From NCBI GenBank assembly GCA_964410585.1, contig CAYPFW010000001.1, forward strand, positions 32,001-96,000: a stretch of 64,000 nt of DNA, in the 5' to 3' direction. This document shows, in pieces, positions 1 to 9,262 of the stretch (its first letter is position 1; every line of letters starts with the position of its first letter). Both the position numbers and the translations under genes were made by a program. The notes beneath the pieces were generated by a model. The model made no database searches, had not been told where the DNA came from, and saw only the letters and a program-made list of their open reading frames with translations. This stretch comes from an uncultured archaeon. Its GTDB lineage: Archaea > Aenigmatarchaeota > Aenigmatarchaeia > QMZP01 > JACQNV01.

Positions 1-1085
1 CTATATAAAATTTGTCTTTCAGATGCACAAATATAACAGGTCAAATTTTTTGGGGTTTCTGTGCCAGATGTTGGTCCGGTGACCTCTCCACCAGGAACTA
101 TTGTTCCTCCACCAGTTGATGTAGATGGGCATGTTGCTCCCCCTTCATTTACTGTGCTACAATCTCCCCATAAAGTTGTTCTGGTCCTCCATCGTCTTGC
201 CCACACACCGCTGCTTTCACAGTATGTATATGTACAAGAGTCCCAAATACTACCAAAATTATTTTTACAACTTCTAATAGATGGTGGTGTACATTGAATA
301 CCTCTTGCAGCATCCCCTTCGCCCAATCGTCCTCCTATTTCTGGACTAACTTGAGCTAAAATAGGCGGAAAAAGTCCACCAAATAAGTTATCAACAAGCG
401 CAAATGGTTGGGTTAAAATGCTGAAAAAACCTGTAATATCTCCTGTTTCTTTGAAAATTGTATTGAATAGTTTTGTGAATATGCTTGTCATGTCGCCTGT
501 TTCTTGTGTTTCGGGTTCTTCAACAAATTCTGGAAAAGTTGGCGGTGTAATGAGTGCAGTTAGTTCCAATTTTATTGGCTCAGTTTTTTCCTGCGAACAT
601 GCTCCGTTCACACAGCTGCAGTCATATGTTTTCCATTTCAAGTTTCCTGTTTCAGTGAAATATTCTTTCAAAGTTTTTTCATTTTCGCAAAAATCAGAAA
701 ATAAATTTCCTAAAACTTCAATAAATCCTTCAGTCAGTGGGTCTGCTAATTTTGATATTCCAGACTCAATACTTGTCTCTGTGCCTGTTGATCCTGTTTC
801 TTTCACAATCGGCAAACAATATGCTTGTCCACTTTCAATTTTCAGTTCATATCCTTCATTGCATGAATATGTTGGTTGTGGGCGTGTGACTGTGAAGTCT
901 GGTTCTGTATCATCTTCTGGAGTTTCTACAGGTACACATGTGCCTGTTTCTGATTGTGGCGATTTTTCACACAAGCCCGATGCACAATCTGAATTTGAAA
1001 AACAACTTTGCTGCCCGAAAACAATGAAACTTAAACTAACAAAAACTAGGACTGAAACCAAAATACCGAAGTATTTCATATTCAT
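1..1085 (-). CDS. Secreted Cys-rich surface protein, 3' end runs off the window
   Basis: Minus-strand ATG at 1085 (MNMKYFGILVSVLVFVSLSFIVFG, signal-like) followed by Cys-rich motifs. The frame is open at both ends I translated, which explains its absence from the ORF track. Confidence 0.75.
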   Translation of the reverse strand, partial: MNMKYFGILVSVLVFVSLSFIVFGQQSCFSNSDCASGLCEKSPQSETGTCVPVETPEDDTEPDFTVTRPQPTYSCNEGYELKIESGQAYCLPIVKETGSTGTETSIESGISKLADPLTEGFIEVLGNLFSDFCENEKTLKEYFTETGNLKWKTYDCSCVNGACSQEKTEPIKLELTALITPPTFPEFVEEPETQETGDMTSIFTKLFNTIFKETGDITGFFSILTQPFALVDNLFGGLFPPILAQVSPEIGGRLGEGDAARGIQCTPPSIRSCKNNFGSIWDSCTYTYCESSGVWARRWRTRTTLWGDCSTVNEGGATCPSTSTGGGTIVPGGEVTGPTSGTETPKNLTCYICASERQILY

Positions 1086-1101
1086 AATTATCAAATTAAA
1101 C

Positions 1102-1326
1102 TTATATGTTCCTATTTAGCACTTTTGCAGCGTAAATAACTGCTTTTACTTTTGCTGGATCCTCACCGTTTAGAGGAATAAAAACTTCTCCTCTAGAGCC
1201 TCTCAAAACCAACTCTTCGTGTGGTTTATATGAAGTTGCCCTGACAGGACCGGCTGCATTAGAAACATCTCTAATAAACTCAGATGGCCCGCATTCACCT
1301 TTTAGGTAACCTTTCCAGCTTGTCAT
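1102..1326 (-). CDS. Small hypothetical protein
   Basis: 74-aa ORF with an ATGA overlap to the upstream ORF. Confidence 0.55.
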   Translation of the reverse strand: MTSWKGYLKGECGPSEFIRDVSNAAGPVRATSYKPHEELVLRGSRGEVFIPLNGEDPAKVKAVIYAAKVLNRNI

Positions 1327-1562
1327 AAATGTTCGAAGTTTGATCCTTGTTTGAAGTATAATCCTCTCATCATGTTTGCTAAATCCCCCCTTGTAACGTG
1401 TTCTAAAGCAAATGCTTCACCTGCTTCTGGTCTGCCTGTAAAATATTGTGGAAAGTATCTCCTGAGACCTCTTACATCTTTTGCTTTTATCAATTCTCTG
1501 TATAAAGCTTCGTCTGGTTTAGTTTCCAAAACTTCTGGTCTTTGTGCTTCGCAGATTGGCAT
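1323..1562 (-). CDS. Small hypothetical protein
   Basis: ATG at 1562 (MPICEAQ...) lies 1 nt after the stop of the previous ORF. Confidence 0.55.
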   Translation of the reverse strand: MPICEAQRPEVLETKPDEALYRELIKAKDVRGLRRYFPQYFTGRPEAGEAFALEHVTRGDLANMMRGLYFKQGSNFEHL

Positions 1563-1563
1563 A

Positions 1564-1752
1564 TTAAACCTTTCTCTCAGTAACTTCTCTCCATCCCCAA
1601 GTTTGGTGTGGTGTTCCAACTCTTTCGAAAACTATTGGCTGTTGTCCTTTTCCTCTGTACCCTACTAATGTTTGTCCGTCTCCGTATAGTCTTACTGTTT
1701 CACCTGATGGAAGCGTTGCTTTTGTTCCTTGGTCAGTTCCTCTATAACTCAT
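1564..1752 (-). CDS. Small hypothetical protein
   Basis: ATG at 1752 preceded by a GGTGA SD-like motif; TATA-like sequence near 1800. Confidence 0.55.
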   Translation of the reverse strand: MSYRGTDQGTKATLPSGETVRLYGDGQTLVGYRGKGQQPIVFERVGTPHQTWGWREVTERKV

Positions 1753-1843
1753 ACCTATCACCTACTATATTTTTCACTATAGAGTAGTTAACAAATGGAT
1801 TTATAAAACCCACTGTTTGGTGAAAACAGGGCGACTGGGAACA

Positions 1844-1858
1844 TATAACACTGTTATA
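1844..1858. promoter_or_regulatory. Palindromic operator candidate TATAACA-C-TGTTATA
   Basis: 15-bp palindrome just upstream of a TTTATAAA box; reverse-complement identical copy at 54982-54996. Confidence 0.5.
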
Positions 1859-1894
1859 CATATCTTTATAAATAGGACACACATATATCTTACA

Positions 1895-2110
1895 ACAAGA
1901 GGCGGTTAGTAATTCTAATTCTAGTCTTGTCTACCCCTTAACCTTTTTAAGAAAAAGGTTAATCAAAAAGTCTACAACAAATGTAGGGGTAAGGTATCCC
2001 AAAGAAAACAACATACACGAGGGATACAACATCCAAAAAATAAATCTTGTTTCATCAAGAAATTGATGAGGCATCGACTAATTTTGGTATAAATATAGGA
2101 GTTAAAGACA
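1895..2110 (+). promoter_or_regulatory. Long structured 5' leader of the CxxC-x17-CxxC gene
   Basis: TATA box near 1865; stems TACCCCT/AGGGGTA, GTATCCC/GGGATAC and TCATCAA-GAAA-TTGATGA; AGGAG SD. Confidence 0.5.
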
Positions 2111-2296
2111 ATGGGTTTTAGAGAAGGTAACTTCAGAGGTGGCGGTGGCGGCCCAAGAAGAAGCTTCGGCGGACCAAGAGAAATGCACGACGCTGTTTGC
2201 TCAGACTGTGGTCAACAAACACAAGTACCATTCAAACCATCTGGAGATAGACCTGTTTATTGCAGAGATTGTTTCCAAAAAAGAAAGGGAGCTTAA
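2111..2296 (+). CDS. CxxC-x17-CxxC zinc-finger protein
   Basis: PREMHDAVCSDCGQQTQVPFKPSGDRPVYCRDCF with a Gly/Arg-rich N-terminus. Confidence 0.9.
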   Translation: MGFREGNFRGGGGGPRRSFGGPREMHDAVCSDCGQQTQVPFKPSGDRPVYCRDCFQKRKGA

Positions 2297-2426
2297 TAGT
2301 TCTTTTTCAAATGGAATTTGTGCTACGCCCAAAAGGCTGTAGTTTAGTTTGTTTTTCTATTTCTTTTATTTTCCTTTTTCGAGCTACTGCTTTAAAGATT
2401 ATAACTTCAAAAAATCAAATATTCAT

Positions 2427-2855
2427 ATGAAAATTTTAGCCACCGGCAGTTTCGACTACCTACACGAAGGTCACCTAAATTTCCTAAAACAAGCAAAAGC
2501 AGAAGGCGATTTTCTTGTAGTGATTGTTGCGACAGATAAAAGCATAAAAGAAATCAAAGGATGCGTGCCTGAAAATTCCCAGGAACAGCGCGCAGAAGCC
2601 TTGGTGAAAACAGGCATCCCAAACAAAGTTTTGGTCGGCGATCCACACGACAAATTGAAAAAAGTTTTAGAAGAAAAACCAGATTTAATCTGCCTCGGCT
2701 ACGACCAAAAAGTCGATGAAAACAAGCTAAAAAAACTTCTAGAAGACCGCGGTCTTAAAACAAAAATCAAGCGACTGAAGCCCTATTTTCCAGAAAAATA
2801 CAAATCGTCTATCCTCCAAGGGAAAAAACAGAAAGAGCAAAAAGAAATCTTTTAG
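2427..2855 (+). CDS. ribL: FAD synthetase-like cytidylyltransferase-family protein
   Basis: GSFDYLHEGH (HxGH) and LGYDQ motifs; start reassigned to ATG 2427. Confidence 0.75.
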   Translation: MKILATGSFDYLHEGHLNFLKQAKAEGDFLVVIVATDKSIKEIKGCVPENSQEQRAEALVKTGIPNKVLVGDPHDKLKKVLEEKPDLICLGYDQKVDENKLKKLLEDRGLKTKIKRLKPYFPEKYKSSILQGKKQKEQKEIF

Positions 2856-2924
2856 TTCTTATAATATACTATTTAATGGTAACAAAAGACAAAGCTTTAT
2901 AAATAGGAGAGCCTAATATTTTTT

Positions 2925-4154
2925 ATGAGAAGTTATAGAGAGGTTTTATCTGAGGTTGGAAGGTGCCTTCTTGACAAAGAGACTTTATATTTTGTTGGAA
3001 GACCTTTAGCCGCAGGTGTTTTGTTAGCTGGACTGGCTATAGGTGCGGGCTATTTGTTAGATAGAAAGTCAGATATCCAAGTGCCTAGAGAAAGGGAAAC
3101 AGTAAGTCAGGTGAGCGCGAGATCAGAACCTCCAAAACCAAAAGAACCCAGTCCAGAATTGAGGGAAAAGATAGAAACTGCAACCCAATTATCAATTCCT
3201 TTACAGGCTGCGAAATACGTTGTTGAAAACATAGAATATAAAAAAGACTCGGAGGAAAATTATCCGGAAAAAAGAAGTGGAAGAAGATATGTTTCTTTGG
3301 GTAGAATTCTTGAAACAGGCAAAGGAAACTGCATGGAAGGTTTTTCAGCAATTGCGGCAATTCTCGAAGATGATGATTTTGAACCAACTGGTTTTTTTAT
3401 AAGGCCTGTTGAACCAAAAGGAGATGGCCATGTTGTTTTTTTGTATAAAGGAAAAGATGGAAGATATGGTACAGCTGGAATAAGCAGTGCTGATTACTAT
3501 CCAGCAATTTTCGACAATCTTGAGGACATTGCCTTTACTTTTTGCCTTTCGGGGGGAAATATACCATCATCCAACAGGGCAAAATATGGAATTGTAAGAT
3601 TGGGTAAGGAAGATCTGGTTCTCGATACAGATGGCATAGAATCCACAGAAGAAGAAGTAGGCGAAATCAATATGTTTGAAAGACTCCACACAAGAATTGA
3701 AAAAATAGGGAAGGCGAAAATTGAAATGGGAACAGATGGGTATAAGGCAAATAATTCAGGAATTGTCGAGGATTCAGAAATAAGGGATATAAGAGGAGTA
3801 GATTTTGAAGGAAAGGTAGAATCAGTAAGGAGAGTATATTTTAATGATGGTAAAGGAAGAGATAGAGAGTTATGGATAGAAGTGGGTTCTGGAAAGGGTA
3901 GACAGAAATCTATTTCAATTGATATTGACAAGGACAACAATATTAAAAGTGTGTACATAAATGTCTCCGAACCTAGCAATGGTGGGAAAATTCATGGTAG
4001 TTCATCTAAAGGTGAATTCCTTGATCCATCTGATTCAGATTGGTCAGAAACTGAAGGTTGGGCAAGAGAAGCTATGGAAGGGTATGACAAATTCCTACCT
4101 CCTCACGAAATTCTTATAGAGAAATGGAAAAATTGGTTTGAGATAAAAGAATAA
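2925..4154 (+). CDS. Membrane-anchored transglutaminase-like (Cys-His) protein
   Basis: N-terminal TM segment; GKGNCME and GHVVFLY motifs. Confidence 0.55.
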   Translation: MRSYREVLSEVGRCLLDKETLYFVGRPLAAGVLLAGLAIGAGYLLDRKSDIQVPRERETVSQVSARSEPPKPKEPSPELREKIETATQLSIPLQAAKYVVENIEYKKDSEENYPEKRSGRRYVSLGRILETGKGNCMEGFSAIAAILEDDDFEPTGFFIRPVEPKGDGHVVFLYKGKDGRYGTAGISSADYYPAIFDNLEDIAFTFCLSGGNIPSSNRAKYGIVRLGKEDLVLDTDGIESTEEEVGEINMFERLHTRIEKIGKAKIEMGTDGYKANNSGIVEDSEIRDIRGVDFEGKVESVRRVYFNDGKGRDRELWIEVGSGKGRQKSISIDIDKDNNIKSVYINVSEPSNGGKIHGSSSKGEFLDPSDSDWSETEGWAREAMEGYDKFLPPHEILIEKWKNWFEIKE

Positions 4155-4216
4155 TATTAAGTGATTCTCTCAAAAAGAGCAAAAAGAAATTTTATAATTA
4201 GTTCTTGAACTAGTAC

Positions 4217-4777
4217 CTAAACCTTTTTTTCAGGCTCCTCAAAATATCCTTTGAGAGAATCTATCCCAGAATAAACAAGCCACAAAACTATCATAAAAAC
4301 TTGTACGGCTTCTATAGTTGGATTGAAATCCAAAACAATGTGTGCAATATCTCCGATTAATCCCAAAATTCCAATTGCTTCTGCTGTTGCTGAAAAATGT
4401 CTAATATTTGTTTTCAAGCCAATTGCAGCAATCAAAATAAAAACAAGACCAAAAAAGGCAGTGCTAAAAACAAAATGCCACGGCTCCACATACATTGGGA
4501 AAATCCCTATTCCAATTAGGGAAGCAACAACAGCGACAAACAAAATGCCAATGTAGAACTTTCTAATTACTTTGTATATGTATACACCAAAAGGAATGAT
4601 CAAAATTCCTGATACAACAAGGGCTGCATTAAAATTTACTGCAAATTCTTTGACACCTAAAACGCTTATGTAGTCCCTGAATAGCATATAATCTTTTGTC
4701 GCAAGTGAAAGGGATAGAATAACAATTAAAGGAAGCAAACCAGAAATCAAAGCAGACAACCCAGCTATTTTTTTCAT
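4217..4777 (-). CDS. DUF998-like membrane protein
   Basis: YISVLG, FNAALVVSG and GIGIFP...H motifs; about 5 TMs; start reassigned to ATG 4777. Confidence 0.7.
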   Translation of the reverse strand: MKKIAGLSALISGLLPLIVILSLSLATKDYMLFRDYISVLGVKEFAVNFNAALVVSGILIIPFGVYIYKVIRKFYIGILFVAVVASLIGIGIFPMYVEPWHFVFSTAFFGLVFILIAAIGLKTNIRHFSATAEAIGILGLIGDIAHIVLDFNPTIEAVQVFMIVLWLVYSGIDSLKGYFEEPEKKV

Positions 4778-4833
4778 AAACAGTACCCGGAAAAATATTA
4801 GCAGTAAGTTATATAAGCTGGAAGCCAAATAAT

Positions 4834-7800
4834 ATGATGAGAGGGGCAATTTTTGTTCTTATTAGTCTTCTTATTTTATCGGCAACTGCTTTAGCCCAAA
4901 CAACTTCTTATTCCCTCAATCTGGACCAAACAAAGGGTTCTGTGGATCCAGGAAAAGCAACTTCAGTCTTGCTTACTGTGACAACATCTTCCCTAAAACC
5001 AGAATCAGTCGGCCTTACATGTTCTCCTATTTCAACCTATATTAAGTGCTCGCTTGCACAATCTTCTTGCACTCCAAAATGTTCATCTCTTTTATCAATT
5101 TCTGCTTCTTCATCTGCTCCACCAGGCACATATCAAGTAAAAATTTCTGGAAAAACTTCAACCAGCGCTTTGGACTCTGCTATATTTTATTTAACAGTCA
5201 ACAAGCCAACAACTTCTACAGACTCTACATCATCAACTTCCACATCAACTGGTTCTACTTCAACTTCTACGTCTACTGGTTCTACCACGACAACTTCAAC
5301 AGACTATCCTCCAAAAGTTTCAATCTCCTCTGACAAGACAAAATTGACTGTTGGCGAATCTTTCACACTAAAAGTCTCTGCATCAGATGATTATGGTCTT
5401 GCAAAAGTCACCTGGAGAGGCGACAACACACCAGACTCAACTTACAATTACGAAAATTCAATAGACTGCTCAAAATCAAGCACATGCACGCTTACAAATG
5501 GCTTCAAGCCTCAAAAATCAGGCACCTACAATTTTGTAGGCCGCGCAGTTGACACAAAAGGCCAAGAAACAACAGAAAAAATCTCAATAACTGTAGTCGA
5601 CTCAACATCATCAACAAGCACATCGACAAGTACATCCACTTCAACAACTTCTGGTTCTACATCTACAGCAACGCAAACAACCTCAAATCAAACATCAAGC
5701 ACATCTACAACCACAAGAAAAGTTGTGGTTCCAACATCAAACATCACACGCACGTTTACTGACACTCCGCCAAAACTTTCTGCTTCAATTGACAAAACAG
5801 AAATAACAACAGATGATTCAGCAACAATTTTCGCAAAAGCCTCAGATGATAAAGGCTTGATCTCAATCACAATACAAGGCGACAACACCCCAGACTCCTA
5901 CTACAACGAGGAAACAGTTGAAGAGTGCTACAAAGAGCTAGGCTGTTCAACAGAGTTGGAAATATCAACAGATGAGCCTGGAATATTTGTTTTCAAAATC
6001 ACAACACAGGACACATATGGCCAAAAGTCAATGGAATATGTAAAGCTGTCTGTCCTTAAACCAAAAGAAGCTGAGTCAGAAGAATCAAAAGAAGAGCAGT
6101 CAAAGGAAGTTGAGGAAAAGCCCGAAAAAGAGCAAACTTATTGTTCAGAAGGCGAAGTAGCCAGATGCGAAAACAACAAATGGAACCCATTTAATTTGAA
6201 AGAATACATTTCTAAATTGGTTCCAACTTCAGCTTTCACAGAAGTAAAATGCCAAAAAAACAAAGTTGTGTGCAGCAAAGAAGGCTTCTATATTTTATGC
6301 GGGGAAGATGGGAGATGGAGCACCCAGCAAAAAGAAGGTTTTGAAAATTATTGTGAATTAGAAAAAATTTTGAAAAAAGAAGGAAAACTGATTGAACCAA
6401 AAACAGGAAAGTCAAAAGGAACAATTGAATCATTTTTAGATGGCTTGTTCAGATTTTTTGGTCGATCGGGATCTGGAGATAAAGTTCCAGAAGATACAGA
6501 TCAACAAGAATCAACTGAGGTGCCAGATCAACAACCAATAGAACCAGAAGAAACAGATGAAAACCAGCAGCCTGTGGGGCCTGAAACAACAGATGAAAAC
6601 CAAACAATAGAAGAACCAGAGGAAATTCCTGAGGAGTCTCAAGAAGTTGCAGCAGATGGTCCTGACTTAAGAATAGATAGCTGTTCTGTTTCACCTGAAA
6701 CTCCAAGAGAATCTGACGATGCTAGGATAACCCTACGAGTTCAGAATGCAGGAAATAGAGACGCCAATTTCCCTGGAGGTGCATGGAAATTGGATGTTGA
6801 AAGAGCAGGCGGCGGTTACTCACCAATTTGCTACAATGTCCCAGCCGGCCAAACAGTCAACTGCTACATTGATTGGGATCCTTTTGATTGGTCAGCAGGT
6901 ACTTATAGCCCAACATTCATCATAGATCCAGATAACAGAGTGGGAGAAACAAATGAAGACAACAATGAGTTTACATGTCCTGTAACAATATCACAGGAAA
7001 CCATTTTTGCAGATTTGGTGATAACTAATGTTGAGCTTACAGAAGCCAGGCCAACAATCCAAAATAATTTTAAAGTTAGAGTTACTGTCCAAAACAGAGG
7101 ATCTGTCAACGCAAGTATAAGGTATCCTAATTTAGTTGTAGACAGTACCTACATGGAATATGTTTATCCTCCATACAATGGCCAATGGGTTTTAGCACCC
7201 GGACAATCTGTAACATTTGAGAAAAATCCAAATGCTGGTTATTTGAGAGAAGGTACATTTAATTGGACATTTACAGTTGATCCAAGCAGGCAGGTTACAG
7301 AGTCAGACGAAACAAACAATGCTTATACAAAGCAGGTAACAATTTTCCCGCCAGAAGCAGTTACTGGTCCAGCTCCTGATCTTAGAATAAACAGCTGTTC
7401 AATTTCTCCAACAAACCCAAAAGATTCTGATAGGACCCGAGTCACAATTCAAGTCCAAAATACAGGTAATAGAGACGCCAATTTCCCTGGAGGTGCATGG
7501 AAATTGGATGTTGAAAGAGCAGGCGGCGGTTACTCACCAATTTGCTACAATGTCCCAGCTGGCCAAACAGTTAACTGTTCAATAAGCTGGGATCCGTTTG
7601 AATGGACAGCAGGAACTCACAATCCAGTATTTATCATAGATCCTGACAACAGAATAGGCGAATCAAGTGAAAGCAACAACGAATTCACATGTCCTGTAAC
7701 TTTAACAGCAGAAACAAATTTTGCTGACCTAGTTATTACAGATGTCCAACTCACAGAATCTAGACCAACACTCCAGAACGACTTTAAAATAAATGTAACA

Positions 7801-8064
7801 GTGAGAAACCAAGGAACTGCAAACGCAAGTATAAGGTATCCTAATTTAGTTGTCGACAGTACCTACATGGAATATGTTTATCCTCCATACAATGGCCAAT
7901 GGGTTTTAGCACCAGGGCAATCAGTAACTTTCCAGAAAAATCCAAATGCAGGATATTTGAGGGTAGGCACATGGACATGGCCATTCACAGTTGATCCAAG
8001 TAGACAAGTTAGAGAATCAAATGAAAACAATAATGTATTCAATAAAACTGTGACGATCTACTGA
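4834..8064 (+). CDS. Large secreted Ser/Thr-rich protein with Ig-like and four CARDB-like domains
   Basis: Signal peptide, S/T tracts, PDL...V(Q/R)NxG...DPxxxVxExNExNN repeats. Confidence 0.85.
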   Translation: MMRGAIFVLISLLILSATALAQTTSYSLNLDQTKGSVDPGKATSVLLTVTTSSLKPESVGLTCSPISTYIKCSLAQSSCTPKCSSLLSISASSSAPPGTYQVKISGKTSTSALDSAIFYLTVNKPTTSTDSTSSTSTSTGSTSTSTSTGSTTTTSTDYPPKVSISSDKTKLTVGESFTLKVSASDDYGLAKVTWRGDNTPDSTYNYENSIDCSKSSTCTLTNGFKPQKSGTYNFVGRAVDTKGQETTEKISITVVDSTSSTSTSTSTSTSTTSGSTSTATQTTSNQTSSTSTTTRKVVVPTSNITRTFTDTPPKLSASIDKTEITTDDSATIFAKASDDKGLISITIQGDNTPDSYYNEETVEECYKELGCSTELEISTDEPGIFVFKITTQDTYGQKSMEYVKLSVLKPKEAESEESKEEQSKEVEEKPEKEQTYCSEGEVARCENNKWNPFNLKEYISKLVPTSAFTEVKCQKNKVVCSKEGFYILCGEDGRWSTQQKEGFENYCELEKILKKEGKLIEPKTGKSKGTIESFLDGLFRFFGRSGSGDKVPEDTDQQESTEVPDQQPIEPEETDENQQPVGPETTDENQTIEEPEEIPEESQEVAADGPDLRIDSCSVSPETPRESDDARITLRVQNAGNRDANFPGGAWKLDVERAGGGYSPICYNVPAGQTVNCYIDWDPFDWSAGTYSPTFIIDPDNRVGETNEDNNEFTCPVTISQETIFADLVITNVELTEARPTIQNNFKVRVTVQNRGSVNASIRYPNLVVDSTYMEYVYPPYNGQWVLAPGQSVTFEKNPNAGYLREGTFNWTFTVDPSRQVTESDETNNAYTKQVTIFPPEAVTGPAPDLRINSCSISPTNPKDSDRTRVTIQVQNTGNRDANFPGGAWKLDVERAGGGYSPICYNVPAGQTVNCSISWDPFEWTAGTHNPVFIIDPDNRIGESSESNNEFTCPVTLTAETNFADLVITDVQLTESRPTLQNDFKINVTVRNQGTANASIRYPNLVVDSTYMEYVYPPYNGQWVLAPGQSVTFQKNPNAGYLRVGTWTWPFTVDPSRQVRESNENNNVFNKTVTIY
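6661..8061 (+). repeat. Intragenic tandem duplication, 714-bp period
   Basis: 6754-6845 is identical to 7468-7559; 7108-7199 matches 7822-7913 with 1 mismatch. Confidence 0.9.
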
Positions 8065-8127
8065 CCTTTCTTCTTTAGTGTTTTTTTCTTGTTTTCAGTT
8101 TAAATATAGGAATGTATCAAATATTCT

Positions 8128-9255
8128 ATGGTTCAGTTCGATGAATTCGGTCCAGAAAAAATTTTTGAAGTTTGGGATCCGAAAACGGGGATGCACGGTT
8201 TCGTAGTTATCGACAGCCTCGCTCGCGGTGTGGGCAAAGGTGGAATCAGAATGACACCGACAGTTTCTGTAGACGAAGTTTCAAGGCTCGCTCGTGCAAT
8301 GACTTGGAAAAATGCGCTTGCTGGTCTTCCATTTGGCGGCGCAAAAGCAGGAATAGTCGCAGATGATAGGAAGCTTTCCAAAGAACAAAAAAAAGCAATT
8401 GTTCAAGCCTTTTCCAAAGCTATCAAAGCAATTTGCCCAAAACTTTATGTCGCTGGCCCAGACATGAACACATCTGAAGAAGAAATGCAGTGGTTTTCAG
8501 AGGCAAATGGTTCTTGGAAAGCGTGTACAGGAAAACCTGCAAATATGTGTGAAGGAAAAAAGTGCGGCATACCACACGAATATGGTTCCACAGGCTATGG
8601 TGTTTTTGTTTCAACACAAGTCGCAGCAAAACATTTGAAACTCGACCTAAAAAAGGCGACAGTTGCAATAGAAGGCTTTGGCAACGTCGGCTGGTTTGCA
8701 GCAAAATATTTTTCTGAACTTGGTTCAAAGGTTGTAGCTGTTTCAGATTCTAAAGGCGTCATCTACAAAAAAGAAGGTTTAGATTTCAAAAAACTTGACA
8801 AAACAAAAAAAGAAAAAGGCAGCGTAATAGCATATGGAGAAGGTTCTGTTCTACCACCAAAAGAAATACTTTCAGTAGATGCAGATATTTTGATCACAGC
8901 AGCAATCCCAGATTTGGTCCACAAAGAGGATGTTGTAAAAATGAAATTCAAATTAATTGTCCAAGGCTCAAATATACCAATGTCAGCTGAAACAGAAGAA
9001 GACTTCCACAAAAAGGGCGTTTTGGTAATACCTGATTTTGTCGCAAACGCAGGCGGTGTGATATCCTCTTATGCAGAATATACAGGGAGAAGCAAAGAAG
9101 AAATGTTCAAACTTGTCGAGAAAAAAATCAGGGTAAACACAGACCTTGTTTTGAAAAAATCAAAGTCTTCTGCCACAAAACCAAGAGACGCGGCAATGGA
9201 ATTGGCCAAGGAAAGAGTTCTAGAAGCGATGAAGAAGAAGGGTGTTGTGGTGTAA
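8128..9255 (+). CDS. gdhA: Glu/Leu/Phe/Val dehydrogenase (glutamate dehydrogenase)
   Basis: KGGIR, MTWK, GGAKAG, GPDMNT, GFGNVG and PDFVANAGGV motifs. Confidence 0.9.
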   Translation: MVQFDEFGPEKIFEVWDPKTGMHGFVVIDSLARGVGKGGIRMTPTVSVDEVSRLARAMTWKNALAGLPFGGAKAGIVADDRKLSKEQKKAIVQAFSKAIKAICPKLYVAGPDMNTSEEEMQWFSEANGSWKACTGKPANMCEGKKCGIPHEYGSTGYGVFVSTQVAAKHLKLDLKKATVAIEGFGNVGWFAAKYFSELGSKVVAVSDSKGVIYKKEGLDFKKLDKTKKEKGSVIAYGEGSVLPPKEILSVDADILITAAIPDLVHKEDVVKMKFKLIVQGSNIPMSAETEEDFHKKGVLVIPDFVANAGGVISSYAEYTGRSKEEMFKLVEKKIRVNTDLVLKKSKSSATKPRDAAMELAKERVLEAMKKKGVVV

Positions 9256-9262
9256 AGCAAAA

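Noticed and set aside
61-1119. Plus-strand ORFs of 78 and 233 aa in the track
   Set aside because: They are antisense shadows of the minus-strand secreted protein starting at 1085.
1323-1761. Overlapping ORFs suggesting a frameshifted gene
   Set aside because: Using the ATG at 1562 removes the overlap, and two adjacent genes is the simpler reading.
5200-5720. Low-complexity Ser/Thr-coding repeats as a possible array
   Set aside because: They are degenerate coding linkers with no fixed repeat-spacer period.
6754-7913. Near-identical tracts as a DGR template/variable pair
   Set aside because: Both copies are in-frame coding, there are too few mismatches to show adenine-specific variation, and no reverse transcriptase is in the window.
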